A program made the position numbers and the translations under genes. A stretch of 59,491 nt of DNA, filler included, from Dimargaris cristalligena (lineage: Eukaryota), in NCBI GenBank assembly GCA_003614675.1. It is 6 parts of 6 records of this genome, joined end to end, with 100 filler letters (N's around TTAATTAATTAA, not from the genome) between each part and the next. Parts side by side here need not be neighbours in the genome. Positions count along the whole stretch, not along the records: positions 9,978 to 19,851 come from ML003223.1; positions 19,952 to 29,807 come from ML003224.1; 4 more parts are not named here. One strand, given 5' to 3'. The notes under the pieces were generated by a model that saw nothing but the letters and a program-made list of their open reading frames with translations, searched no databases and was not told where the DNA came from. Positions 10,386 through 22,993 of this stretch are shown in pieces (within the stretch, counting starts at the first letter, position 1; the number at the start of each line of letters is the position of its first letter).

Positions 10386-11294
10386 ATGGCCTTCGTAACT
10401 CAGCGACTCGATAGGCCATCGTCCTACAAGGATCACCAATACCAGGTAAATCCTCTTTAGCCCGATCCCTGCGAATGCTCTCGCATATACCCGTGAGCTC
10501 GACATTTCCAATTCGGAAGCCGACATCCCTAGTTATACTCCATCCCATCATGGACGCGCCCAAGATGTTCATTTCGATTTTAGACTAACGCGGACGTTAC
10601 GCCCTTGTTATTATTGCTAACCTCTACCTTCGTACGTAATCGACCACAGGGCAACAAAGACCAGTTCAGCAAAGACCTTGACTTTACTACCACTCTGTAC
10701 GTTGGTAATTTATCCTTTTACACAACCGAGGAGCAAATCTACGAAATCTTCTCCAAGTGCGGCGAAATTAAGCGTATCATCATGGGACTGGATCGGAATA
10801 AGAAAACCCCCTGCGGGTTTTGCTTCGTAGAGTAAGTTTGTCCCCTATTTAATATACCCAATATACGGCCCGATGGTTTTGTGTAAGACTGGGACCCATT
10901 ACGTGAAACTCAACCTGAATTAAACTATGCCCCATCTAATACTCTCATGTGTATCACCATTATTCGTGGCTTAAACAGATACTACCGCCGTGATGATACT
11001 TTAGATTGTATGCGATACATCAACGGTACCCGGCTGGATGATCGTATAGTGCGTACCGACTTGGACCCTGGCTTCCGTGAAGGCCGGCAATTTGGCCGTG
11101 GCCGAAGTGGCGGTCAGGTACGTGACGAATACCGACAGGAGTATGATCCCGGCCGTGGTGGCTGGGGCCATATTCGGGCCAAGCAAGAGGAACAGCGCCG
11201 ACAGGACATTGACGAAAACTACGTACCAATCGCCAATATCCCCGAAGGCGCTTCGATTGACCAGTCCATGCAGGTTCAAGGTATGCCATTTTAA
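10386..11294 (+). CDS. CBC2: Nuclear cap-binding protein subunit 2 (CBP20); exons 10386-10445, 10650-10831, 10979-11294
   Basis: [26 protein letters not shown]...[35 protein letters not shown]...[11 protein letters not shown]...[26 protein letters not shown] introns with correct phases; GCTAAC branch site in intron 1. Confidence 0.95.
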
Positions 11295-11881
11295 TTTTTT
11301 GAGAGTTTGTATTTTTATTGGGTGTTATTATCCCGCGCCAGGCTATTTTGTTTGGAAGACTGTATTGATAGGGTCGACCCTTCCTACATGCTGGTGTATT
11401 TTACTAACTACTACGATTTCCCCAACCAATTTTTTGACGATTGTCCTATTAGAGCAAGAACAACCATCGGCGAATATGGATATTGCCGTGAGCGAAGAGA
11501 TTCCCCAGTGAAATTAAGCGACCCCTTTTCCACTATAACGCTCTGTATATCATCCGTATATCACCTTCACCCACTCACACCCCTCCAGCTCCGTCTTTTT
11601 TTTATCTCTGCCTCAGCTATTTCTAGCCATAAAGGCGCTGCTTAGTGTTTTCAACGTGAATATTGCCCACCCCCCACAGTTTCAATCATATGCTTAAATT
11701 CAAATAAATGGTACAACTCAATGGTTGATTGGTATCCGATGGGTAGGCACTAAACATATGGCATTTATTAGACAAAGACGAACACACAGTCTCCGCTAGA
11801 GAAAAAATTGAATGGGTTAGTTTTACCCTTACACCATGTGGATGTGCTGGGTAAAGTGAGAGACCCATGTCTATCTATTTT

Positions 11882-13693
11882 TTACGCCACGGAAATAGAT
11901 GCGGGGACTGGCACTTCCCGGTGACGGCCGTCTAGTTCAATATTGGGCTTCGGGTTATTCGCGAGGTACCGAGCCAACATTTGGTTGAGGGGCAAGATGG
12001 ATTCGAAGTCGAGTTTAATCGCCACCAAATGATCGCCCCCAAGGGCCACGAAGTCGGTGGTTAGAATGGGGTAAATTGCCTGATCATCCAGGGGTTCCCA
12101 TACACCTGTAGCTGACCGAACCTCGATTTTACCCAGGTACTTTTGCCAAAAATTGAATTCGATCCGGATCCCGGCGAACTGGACGAAACAGTTGGATTTG
12201 ACGTTATCCACGGGGTTAACTTGGGTCACGGCCGCGATCATAATATTGCGCAGGTCGGCCCCGGGTAGTTCGAGACGGACCAGACTATTGGCGTTGGGGA
12301 AAACCATCAGGACGTGGCCGAGATTCACCGGACCGTGGGTCAGACCCGAGCGCATCACGTCACTGTTGATAAGGGCAATATAGGGCCGGGCGTTGCGCGA
12401 AGGAGAAAGAGAAGAAGACGGATCGTCCCGGGCGCTGTACAGCATGGCTTCGGTGACTAAATTACCGAGCCGACATTCACCCACCTTGCAGTCCATTTGC
12501 GGCATGTCCACGTTCAGTTCAGCCAGGTACTGGTTGGCCAACGTATCAATGGGCCTCCGGATGTGGCGGATAAAGTCCTGCATGGCCTGGTCCGGGGTGA
12601 TGTTTTGGGTCATGTGGATGGACTGGCCGCTCAGCCAGTTGATGGCCCCTGAGTCGGAGTCGAGGGTTAGGTCCAGGTAGCCCACGTATTCGCCGAACTT
12701 CTTGGTCTGGACTACATACACGGGGTGGCCCAACCGGTCGTAGACCGTGGTCGGGTAGGGACCGCGGGCCTGGGGTTGATCGGGGTCGTTGGCCAAGTAG
12801 GTGTGACTGTGGCCACCGAAGATAATCTGCAGACCCTGGGTGGACTGGGCGATAAGTTGGTCAATGCGGTATCCGCTGTGACTGATGGCCACGATGGTCT
12901 TGACTCCCACAGACTGGAGATAATCAATCTGTTTCTGGACGGCCACGACGGGATCCGTAATCGTAATCGAACTTAGGCCCTCCCCGAGCGATAGGGATTT
13001 GATATTGGTGGTGGTAAAACCCACCACCCCCAGATTATACTTCTTGATAATCACGTAGGGGTACACTAAGTCGTGTAGGGGCGATTCCGGGGGGAACTCA
13101 ATGTTGGAACAAACAACGGGGAAATCCAGTTGGTTGAAAAAAGCGGCCAGAGCGTCGATGCCATTGTCAAACTCGTGGTTGCCGATGGTCATGAAGGAAT
13201 AGGCCAGCACGTTCATAATGTGGGCCGTCGCAAGACCGGTGTAATAATTATGGATGAGGTGGCCCTGGAAGGCGTCCCCGGCATCCACCAACAATGTATC
13301 AGGATGGCCCGCGCGAAGCATATCCACAATGGTGCGACGCCGGGCGGCGCCCCCGAAACAGGCCTGGGCCGAGCGGTCAAAGTCGGTACAATCGGCTCCC
13401 ACGTAATTGAATTCGTCTTCGTGCGCGTGAATGTCGTTGGTGATAATAATCCGCAGCTTTACGCCCTCTTGGTAGATATCCTGGTACGCCGTTTGGTGTA
13501 GGTTGTGGAAGCGAACGGGGCCCGATAGCTCCCCGGAATGCGCATTGTCGCTGTCGTAAATGAAGTTCTGGTAGGGTCCCATGGGTGCGATTAGACCCGG
13601 CATCATGCCCGTGGCTTTGGCATGAACCGCCATCTCCGGTCCGCGCGTGGCGAGGAGCACCATAATGGAACTAATAACATATCCCTGTCGCAT
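11882..13693 (-). CDS. Secreted 5'-nucleotidase/apyrase family metallophosphoesterase (603 aa), paralog 1
   Basis: Signal-like N-terminus; metal motifs TNDIHAH, DAGDAFQG, GNHEFD, SHSG, GGHSH; C-terminal 5'-nucleotidase domain (ECRLGNLVTEAM, IALINS). Confidence 0.9.
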   Translation of the reverse strand: MRQGYVISSIMVLLATRGPEMAVHAKATGMMPGLIAPMGPYQNFIYDSDNAHSGELSGPVRFHNLHQTAYQDIYQEGVKLRIIITNDIHAHEDEFNYVGADCTDFDRSAQACFGGAARRRTIVDMLRAGHPDTLLVDAGDAFQGHLIHNYYTGLATAHIMNVLAYSFMTIGNHEFDNGIDALAAFFNQLDFPVVCSNIEFPPESPLHDLVYPYVIIKKYNLGVVGFTTTNIKSLSLGEGLSSITITDPVVAVQKQIDYLQSVGVKTIVAISHSGYRIDQLIAQSTQGLQIIFGGHSHTYLANDPDQPQARGPYPTTVYDRLGHPVYVVQTKKFGEYVGYLDLTLDSDSGAINWLSGQSIHMTQNITPDQAMQDFIRHIRRPIDTLANQYLAELNVDMPQMDCKVGECRLGNLVTEAMLYSARDDPSSSLSPSRNARPYIALINSDVMRSGLTHGPVNLGHVLMVFPNANSLVRLELPGADLRNIMIAAVTQVNPVDNVKSNCFVQFAGIRIEFNFWQKYLGKIEVRSATGVWEPLDDQAIYPILTTDFVALGGDHLVAIKLDFESILPLNQMLARYLANNPKPNIELDGRHREVPVPASISVA

Positions 13694-16600
13694 TCTTGGA
13701 ATTAATTAATGGAGGGGGGGGGGAGTGGGGGAGAATAAAACTGACCGAAAAATGTCGAGAAGTGGTACAGCAAATTATAAGAGAAACGATGATGAATAGA
13801 CGGGAATATCGGAAGTAATTATTAACGAAGACCTCGATTTGACCGAGGTTTAGTGACTTGCGAAAATCTCTAAAATACCCGGTAGTCTGCGGTTAGAATT
13901 GGTCTAGCTTTCGGTTAATTTCGGGTAGAAACGATACTCTAGATTACCCAATGGCTAGGGAAAAGCTATAAAATAAAAAAACGATTGAATACAATTAACC
14001 CAGTACACTTGTTCAACTCAAATGATAAGCATGTAAATAAAGATCTAAATTAACTTGGTAGTAATATTGGGTGTTCCCGTTAAGGAAGTCGAATCAAGGG
14101 TTCGGCGGGGATAGTGTCCCATTTATAGTTGAGGAATCGCTGTGGACAGGGGGGGAGAAGGTGGCCGACGGACTATAATACAGTTAGGGCATTACCCAAT
14201 GATGGTGCAGGGTTTGTCAGACGACTGTTCGATACTACTATCTCTTCTTTTCTTTTTTTCATAAAGAAGACGAGAATGTCGTATACAGAGATGATACGTG
14301 CATTGGCGGGCTAAAATGGTGGAAAAGGAGAGAAAAGGACATGATCTATACTTTCCCCAACCCCGCCGGCTGCCCTTTACATATATCCTCCTCCCCCGTT
14401 TCTTATGGCCGCCTGAATGATTGGCTCGTCGGGAGTTTTTGTACTCCCGTCACCTGGTCACCTTCCTCTTGCATGTACAAGCACGATAGGGAGGTGTCCT
14501 TTTCACCCCCCCCCTCCATACCCTACCCCTATAACCCGTCCAGCTATGTCCATGCATTGCCAACCCTTCCTGTCCCCCCCTCAAGTACCCCGGCCTAATC
14601 CCTGAGGATTAGCTAGATCCCCCTGCAGTGGCTGGCAGGTTAATAAAGCAGACCTTTAGTTTGGTAGAGATGACCAGGCTACTAGATCAATGGGAAAGTA
14701 GACCAGTCTGGGCGTGGGTGGTCAAAGGAATGAGGCTTAAACTTGTGTATAATGGTCGCAGGAAGAGTGGAGTAGGCGGTTGTTTGGCTATCGCAAATGT
14801 CGCATAAAGTCCTCCAATGGCTTATTAGGGGCTTTGGGGCAAAAGGAAATATAAGTTCACCCCATATTCCCCTCTATTGGCCAGAACTCCCTTGTACAGT
14901 TTTTGAAACACAGGTAACACACCCTTCATTTCGCCTGTAAGCGCCCTCTGCTGGATAAGCTGGTGTTCAAAATATACGATCAGCTGCACAGATTTTAAAA
15001 ATAAATCATTGGAATTGCTAGGTGAGCAAGGGAGAAAGAGATATATAATAAGAGGAGTGAAAGGAAGAAAAATAGTCAGAGCTATCCTCCCACACTCCTC
15101 GCCTTTTTTGTGGCGTACCACCCAACCCTTTACATTGCCATGTACGACCCACCCGGACAGGGCAAGGCGGAGCAGGTGCCGTGTCCCTGTCCCTGCCTCT
15201 TTCCTAGGAACGAGTGCCATTTTTCGATCAATACATTTAAAATGGAGGAGGGGAGGGCAGTGTCATAAAAAGTAAATGAATAACGGACGTCTTCCATATT
15301 CGGTATAGGAATATCCGACACTCATAATTACCCATTTAATTGATTGAAAACGACGATTCGCGCTGTGGGGTCTACTATATACGTAAGAGTCACGGAATTG
15401 TAATATATATATATTTTTGGCTGTACATTTGTGAAGGAATTCAATAAGCACCTATCCCCAATGCATCCTTCCGCCCATACTAGCAAACTGGCCTCTACCG
15501 CCCCTCCAATCGTAGAAGTCGTACGATGGGTTGCACGGAGCGAGAGTAATCACCTCCGAAAAAAAGTCCACGGGACTTGTCCACGATTGGTAAAGCCTCT
15601 GCTGCTGACTATTTCGATATGGCCCAGGTTCAATAAGTCCGAACCATTGGTCGCCTAATAGAGGGAGACCCTGCACTCTTTAGCTAGACTAGGCAAAGAG
15701 CAGGAGAATGGCGAGGAGTACACCACTGGTGTGGCCGTCGTGACCTGAAACGCGTGGCCAGCGAATGGCTGGCTGATCGGCACTAACGGAAAGGGTCACA
15801 AAGCAGGTGTATAGACGAGTTTAGACGAACCAATTATCCGCTGCGGGATGGTTGGACCGGCGGAGTCTCGTACTCAGCCGATACCGTCCTATTCCCCTAT
15901 CAAAAAAATAGGTGGTATATACTTGAATGAAGCGGTTAAAGCAAAAAAAAAGGGGGGAATGAAGTAAATAATCAAAACCGGTGGCCCACGAGTCCGCTGT
16001 TTCATGGATGAGACCAAAAGCATTAAAGAGTCGTATGGATCGATGAGAGAAGGGGAATTAGAGAGGGTTATTAAGCCGAACTCTTCGACGTATGGGTAGC
16101 ACAGTACCGCCTCTAATGAATTCCACTAGGCATATCGTTTATCCAGCCACGGCCATCTGTTCATGCCCATGATCCGAGTGCCATAGGTTTTCCTAAAAAA
16201 TATACACATCACAATAGATCATCACAACCAGCATCCGGCATGATATCCAAAACCCACATATAAGTACATTCCCGTTGGAAGACATCCCCGCCGGGTACTA
16301 TAGCCTACTATGGTTGCCCATTTACTACTATTAGGTCAATGAAATTTCACTTCCGGAACTTGGGATTAGTCCGCTTACACTCAAAAATAGCTAAATCCCC
16401 CAACCCGCTTATAAAGTTTTTGGAACTAGGCAGCTGACAAGTTCGTAATTTTCCCAACACCTTCCAACACCCTTGAAATGTCGCGGCCTGTACGACCGGT
16501 GAAATACCCTTGGCTTGCGATGATGAGTCCTAGTCATGGGTGCTAGGGGTCTACAATGCCGCCGCCCCTTACCTACCTACCCATGGAACGGTTACTCGGC

Positions 16601-17717
16601 TAGGGCTATCTTTCCAGTTAATTGTATTAGTGGGAACCACCTCAGACGACTAGTTCAATACTAGCTGAGTAGAGCCAAAAGGCATCGAATGGTTTAACTT
16701 AACCGAATGAAGAACAAAACGCCATGATTTCTACACGAGACTAATTAATCCAATCATTTACAGCTCTTTGGAATAGCCTGGCCCATGTGGACATAGTCAG
16801 ACTGGTTTGATCGAAGCACCCACATGCCCAACGCCATTACATCATGATAACCCGACCGACCACCCGACCCATTTTGCCCAAAGGACAGAGTCCCTCCTCC
16901 AGATTGACCTGTTTTGGAGGCGGTGATCGCTATAAATTAAGCCATCGGCGTCATATTGGGACCACAGACAAAGTCCATGGGAAGTCACATTAGAGCCAAT
17001 GTCCCTTCCACATTCATATGGGCAGTCCATTAAGCCTAATTAGACGATGGATGGGAAGCAGGGAGGGGGGCACCTGTCCAACCTACTTAACCAAAATAGA
17101 ACAAAATTATAGTTAGTCGTCTGATTCACCAGTGTATTTGGATCAACCGCCGAACTTCATAAGCCTAATAAGGCTATATGTATGTATGTGTGTGTGTCTA
17201 AGGATGCATTTTCCTGGATAGCCCTGCCGATTTGTTTAGTAAGCATAGGCAATCCCGGACTGCTGTTTCCCCTCAAATTAGGCAGGCATCTTTGATGATC
17301 GGGACCAGTTGCCTTCAAAAACAGCCAGAGATCCCAGTCCTATTAAAAGACTATCAATTAGTAGGTATGGCTTTAAAAGTAGGGTCCGGCCTAATTTAAT
17401 GTATTTATCAATTAAATTGAATGGCCAGTGTGTATAAAATCCCCTTCGGGGTAAAATCTAATCGTCCAAAAATTAACAAAAAAAAAGATCACCAAAAAAA
17501 TTAGTCTTGTAAAATAATGACTGTAAAAAAAAATCGCGATAAATATGATTGATAAAGAAGGAAAGGTAATTACGTATGAAATGGAACCAAAAAAAATATG
17601 CCCAATTAGGGTCCGACTGGGGTTACTTTAGGTAGCTGACCCCCTCTCTCTCTTTGCATCGATTAACACTGCTAAATATCCGGCTGAATAATACTCCAGC
17701 ATGGATAGTCTAGCCGG

Positions 17718-19541
17718 TTACTCGGGTGGGTCGACAGTGACCATCCGCCCATCGAGCTGGGGGTTTAATTCGGAGCCTTCCAACTGACTATAGAGCAACT
17801 GCACAATATCAGTGATATGCTGGTACTTGGTCAATTTGGGTACCACAACGTGATCGTTGCCCTTGGCCACGTACTCCAAGGTGACCACGGAGTATACCTT
17901 ATCTTCCTGGATCGGAATCCAGCCGGGGTAGGGACTGTCCGAGGAACTAGGGGGGTCGCTCGGACCCGCGCGTACGTAAAGGCGGTGCAGGTATTTGCGC
18001 TCGAAATTGAAGTCCATTTTTAGGCCGGCGAACTGGGCAAAACAAGTGACCCAGACCTGGTCCACGGGACTGCGTTCGCGCACCGAACCGGTGATACTAT
18101 CGAGGATATGGCGGCCGGTCATGTACGCCTGGACTACGGGATCCCGGAAGGGGAAAACGGCCAACAGGTTGGACAGGGTTAGGGGACCCTGACGCAGGCC
18201 TTGGCGCATCCCGTCGCTATTGATGAGCGCGATTTGGGTGGATAAGTGGCGCGTGGCGGCCAACATGGCGTTTGTGACCCAGTTAGCAAGCTGGCATTCG
18301 CCGCGTTTGCACGGCGCTTGGGGCATATCTAAGGGAACGTGGGCCAGGACAGACCCACCGGCAGCCTGGATGGGCTTATTGAGGTGTTCTACAAAGGCCT
18401 TCATAGCTGCGTCTTCGGGGACGTTGGAGGACAGGTGAATCGGTTGGCCGCTGAGCCACGTAATCTGCCCCAGTTCGGGGTTGAGCGTCAGGTCCAGGAA
18501 ACCCACGTATTCGCCCCACATTTTCGCCTGGACCACGTAAGCGGGCCGGCCGTCGAGGTCATACACGGTGGTGGGAAAAGCGCCCCGGGCGCTGGGGTCG
18601 TCGGGGTCGTTACTCAAGTAGGAATGGCTGTGGCCACCGAAAATAAGCGTAATGCCCCGGGTTTTGCGAATCAGACGCTGTTCGGTTTTGTAGCCGCAGT
18701 GGCTGAGTACGAAAATGGTGGTAATGCCCTGGCCGCGCAGCCGGTCAATCTCGGCTTGGACCGCCGGAACGGGGTCGATAAACTCTACTTGACCGGTCCC
18801 TTGGGAGATGGACTGGGTGTTGACTGTGGTGATGCCCAAAATAGCGATATTGTACTGTTCCAGAATCAAACTGCGCTTCACAATACGGTACAGCTCGGGT
18901 TCGCCGGCGAGGTTCAGGTTGGTACATACCACGGGGATTTTAAGCTGCTTGTAGAACTTCACCAAGTGGTCCACCTTATCGTCGAATTCGTGGTTGCCAA
19001 TCGTGACGGCCGTATACCCCAGGATTTGCATAATCGGGATGGATGCATTACCCCGGTAGTAGTTGTAGAATGGGTCGCCCTGGAAGATATCGCCGCTGTC
19101 GAATTTCAGGACATTGGGATGACCCCGCTCCAATAAGTCGAAGATGTATTTGCGGCGAGCCGCTCCGCCCCGACACTCTTCCCGTTGCACGTCGGTGTAA
19201 CTGCAGTGGGCCCCAACCGGATTGAAGGGCATCTCGTGGGAGTGGATATCGTTGGTAAATATGAGCCGGAGTTCAATGTCGCTGGTTGGTTTCGGGGTAT
19301 ACCGGCCACCGTGTTGATGGTGGAATTGGGTACCGGCCCGGAGGCCAGACTCACTGGAAGCGTGGAAATCGTATTGCAGCTGGTGGTGGTGGGGGAGGGA
19401 CTGGGGCTGGGGCTGGAGGAAGTCCGTACTCCGCTTGATTAGACTGGATGTAAGGAAGTCCGACTGGGCCACGCCGTTGACTAGCAGGGGGAACCCAGCG
19501 CCGAGCAGACCGCAAAGCAAAATTCCTACTTTGGAAAACAT
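17718..19541 (-). CDS. Secreted 5'-nucleotidase/apyrase family metallophosphoesterase (607 aa), paralog 2
   Basis: Signal peptide, LIKR dibasic site, motifs TNDIHSH, DSGDIFQG, GNHEFD, SHCG, GGHSH; collinear with paralog 1. Confidence 0.9.
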   Translation of the reverse strand: MFSKVGILLCGLLGAGFPLLVNGVAQSDFLTSSLIKRSTDFLQPQPQSLPHHHQLQYDFHASSESGLRAGTQFHHQHGGRYTPKPTSDIELRLIFTNDIHSHEMPFNPVGAHCSYTDVQREECRGGAARRKYIFDLLERGHPNVLKFDSGDIFQGDPFYNYYRGNASIPIMQILGYTAVTIGNHEFDDKVDHLVKFYKQLKIPVVCTNLNLAGEPELYRIVKRSLILEQYNIAILGITTVNTQSISQGTGQVEFIDPVPAVQAEIDRLRGQGITTIFVLSHCGYKTEQRLIRKTRGITLIFGGHSHSYLSNDPDDPSARGAFPTTVYDLDGRPAYVVQAKMWGEYVGFLDLTLNPELGQITWLSGQPIHLSSNVPEDAAMKAFVEHLNKPIQAAGGSVLAHVPLDMPQAPCKRGECQLANWVTNAMLAATRHLSTQIALINSDGMRQGLRQGPLTLSNLLAVFPFRDPVVQAYMTGRHILDSITGSVRERSPVDQVWVTCFAQFAGLKMDFNFERKYLHRLYVRAGPSDPPSSSDSPYPGWIPIQEDKVYSVVTLEYVAKGNDHVVVPKLTKYQHITDIVQLLYSQLEGSELNPQLDGRMVTVDPPE

Positions 19542-19851
19542 GGTCGGCTGATGGTGATTCCGTTATATATATATAAACACTGGGTATCGCCAGTGACGGA
19601 TAACTGGTCGTAAATAAGGGAGTTTGATGTGCTCGGGTGCCAGAGCTGTCCAGCTAGATTGGGGTCCGGAAATAGGGTTGTATTGCTTAAGGTTCGCTGC
19701 ACTCGTTCGACTTGGTCCAGTAGAGCCGAGATTACGGGCTGGAACGGAAGGGAAGTGAAGAAAAAAATACAGTACGGGATATACCGATAAAGTAGGGGTA
19801 GGGGTATTAGGGCCGGAGATGGCCTTTGTTACAAGGTGGAACCAACGGTCT

Positions 19852-19951
19852 NNNNNNNNNNNNNNNNNNNNNNNNNNNNNNNNNNNNNNNNNNNNTTAAT
19901 TAATTAANNNNNNNNNNNNNNNNNNNNNNNNNNNNNNNNNNNNNNNNNNNN
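19852..19951. other. Artificial contig linker
   Basis: 44 N + TTAATTAATTAA + 44 N. Confidence 0.98.
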
Positions 19952-20368
19952 TCCCCCCTTCCTCCTTGAACCAACCATACCACCGGGAATATAAGCCTCA
20001 TAGGGCTAGGCTCTGACTTAAGCAGGACTGGTGCGGCCATTACATACTTTGAATAAAAGGACATGGCACTTGTGCGACTTAGGAGTGGTGCCTGGGGCTT
20101 CGTGGTTGAACAATTTCTAGGGCGTGCCTCACATGAGGGCCGGGAGCCTGCTATTAAGCCCGTCACTGGTAGTTAGTGTCTATATCCACTTGAATGGGGC
20201 CACTGACTGTTATTGACATGCAGTTTGTTTCATTTTCCAGGTTAGTGCTGGATAAATTTTTGTGGGCTGTACATCCCAACTACCTCAGTAATAGACAGGA
20301 CTGCAAAAAGCCCCCTAAGTATTGCTTAACACTAGTTTAATATCCAACATTTATTTGGATACCTGCTC
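19952..20368 (+). repeat. Repeat family 2, left copy at the contig-3 start (inverted relative to 29386-29807)
   Basis: 19952-20102 is identical to the reverse complement of the last 151 bp of the contig; similarity continues inward with many C>T/G>A differences. Confidence 0.88.
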
Positions 20369-20615
20369 ATGTGTCAGATATATGGTACCCATCATATTGC
20401 AATAGTCCACCCAGCTAATAACAGGGTTAGTATAACACGTAGCAGAATGGGAAGATGCACCCTCATTGGTTATTTTCAGAACTAATGGTCCCTACCTCCC
20501 ATAGTTCTGGGTAGTTTCTATATTATTACTATGTTATAAACCATTTATACTCTATCCCATTTGATTCCTATTATTACATAATATTATAAAACCATTATTT
20601 ACTAGGATTTACCTT

Positions 20616-21201
20616 TGTCAGACCATCTAATCCACCTTAATCCAGCTGGCTTAGATGTCCAACCATATTAGGCCTTATAGCACCATATTAACTTTACCAT
20701 GGTCCTCCCTGGTACTATGGGAGTATCCTATATTAAATAACCCTTTCCCTACTAGACTCCATCTCTTCATATTAATTACTTAAGTACTAATCTAAAGACT
20801 CTTCCAGTTACAATTAGAGTCTTCTAGATACCTATGGCCATTCAGTTAGCCTAATTATCTATACCTTAGTCTTAGTAGTATCCTTCCTTTTGGACCCCCC
20901 TCTAGGGTTATCCCTATATATATATAACTAGGCCCCATTAGGACCAGTTAGATGCTTCAACTTATTCTTATCCCTTAGTTTATCCCAATAGATTCTATAT
21001 ATACTCACTCCCCCTTGTATTAACTAGTAAGTGTGCTTATGGCAGGTCCCTTACCTATCCCCACTACTTAGCCTTTTTTGGTTAGTACCATACCCCATAC
21101 CTAATGCTAGTAACCTGCTTAGCTAAGCCTAAGCCCCACCTACTATTGGAAGCCTATCCTTGGTACTCTTGATGGACCAAAAGTAGTTAACCTGGGTGAT
21201 A
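20616..21201 (+). mobile_element. Solo-LTR family 1, copy D (full length, 586 bp)
   Basis: Begins TGTCAGACCATCTAATCC and ends ...CCTGGGTGATA (terminal CA apparently mutated to TA); full-length homology to copies B and C. Confidence 0.8.
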
Positions 21202-22993
21202 AGCCATATAGGATATCTAAATGTAATATAGTAGTCAGTATGATATGGGTTATAAATCCAAATGCTGTATACTGAGACATGGATCTACCATTATCTAGTC
21301 AGAGTAAGTGCACTGTATCCGAATTTTCTCTAAGAACCAATACAGCTATAATAGTATACTGCACTCAACAAAAGCATAGATCATCTATAACATCATATGA
21401 ATTCTGTCAACTTGCTTATTGCACACCATAATTTGGGTGTTCATGGCTACCCCCTGACCCCGTTTGTACCCTACACTGGGCTTTATTACTACTTAGTGCA
21501 CTTCCCATGGCAATAACTAATGCCACAATGGTCAACTATTTCATCCTACCACCATCAAAGGGGATTAATCACCCAGAACCAGAGTGGTCAACTGACCCCC
21601 CACAGCAAGTGTACACTGCCAAGTGGAGAGCAAACAGTAATAAACCTTACTATCAATACCAGTATACCCGGATAATAAAATAAGGAATAGCCCATGTTAT
21701 CACAGGTCTGTTATGTTCTAATAAAATAATCTTATATATCACAAAAAAAACCCCACACCCAACTCGGTACACCTAAATACATTGGCCCCCCTCGACCCAA
21801 ATGCAACTATCCCAGCTGAAACCCGATGCAATCCTTCATTGTGCCTTAAATTTGACCCAATGCTTTTTCTGGATACTACCAGATGCCTTATGATGATTTC
21901 ATGACTATTCTTGGACAACGCTTCAGTAGTATCCCCACACAGGAAAACTCGCCCAGGCAATAGCCTGCTATTCCATAGTATATTTCTGCATGGTATATCC
22001 CAATAAATTATTATGTTCAATTCCGGCTAGTTCAAGATACTCCTATTCCCATATAGATATCATTTTTGCTTTCCCCTTTTGATAGGCACCATTCACGCTA
22101 ACTTCCGATCTTGTATTCTCAGGATACCTATCTACGTGGGCCTTGATTCGGCATTAGAATGGCTAACCACTTCATCGATACTGGCAAGTACATTTCTCTA
22201 TCATTCTACTGGGCTCTATCCTGTTCAGATATGTTATAACTATATCTATCATTTTTATGAGAATCCAGGTCTCTTCATTATATTGTTAGCCGCTTAAGTA
22301 CTATCAATATCTAGCCTCATTATACTGGCTGGTCTTTGGTCATTAATTTTTTACTATGTTGATATAGAGTATTTGACCGGTTGCCACTCGGGCTACCTAA
22401 TACGGATGCAATGACAAAACTGGTTTTGATTTCCCGTACCAATTTCATACCTGAAATACTAAGCGCAAGAGCTAATATTGAACACCCTTGAATTATTTGC
22501 AACTACTTCAAGGACAGTTATTGCATTTTCAAATAGTCGTTTTCCTAGCGAGTTACATCATATTGACATTTATTAATTGCCAACGACAAAAATTATAAAA
22601 ATTAAAGTAGAACTACGAAAACAAAGAGCCAGTAATAGGAGGAATAAAAAATCATGAAAATGGTAAATAAATATCTCGATATAAACATAAGAGTAATATA
22701 ATCATTATTGTTCGGGTACTTGAATGTACTATATTTTGTTAACCAAAATGCGCATTAGAGTATGCGTGAAGAATGCCTATTAGTCTATAGGCTCATTAGA
22801 CGCCCACCAATGGTTATAGTTTAACTTGGGGCTATAAACGTATTCCGGGTATCTGTGCCATTATTTTCATTTGATTGAAACTAATAAGTGGGCAATGTAA
22901 CTTTTAGATCGATAGGTGTGTATCTGTTAAGATATCTGTGCTGCACACTATGATTTAGTTTTACGCCAATGATATCGCCTAAGCCACTGGGCT

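Noticed and set aside
19900-20166. Near-identical ORFs at 19900-20166 (-) and 29566-29859 (+)
   Set aside because: Both are translations of repeat family 2 running into N linkers; no coding evidence.
21739-22060. Kinase-like fragments (IIYWDIPCRNIL; EYLELAGIEHNNL) on the minus strand
   Set aside because: No HRD or DFG, fragments are in different frames with stops; resemblance could be chance.
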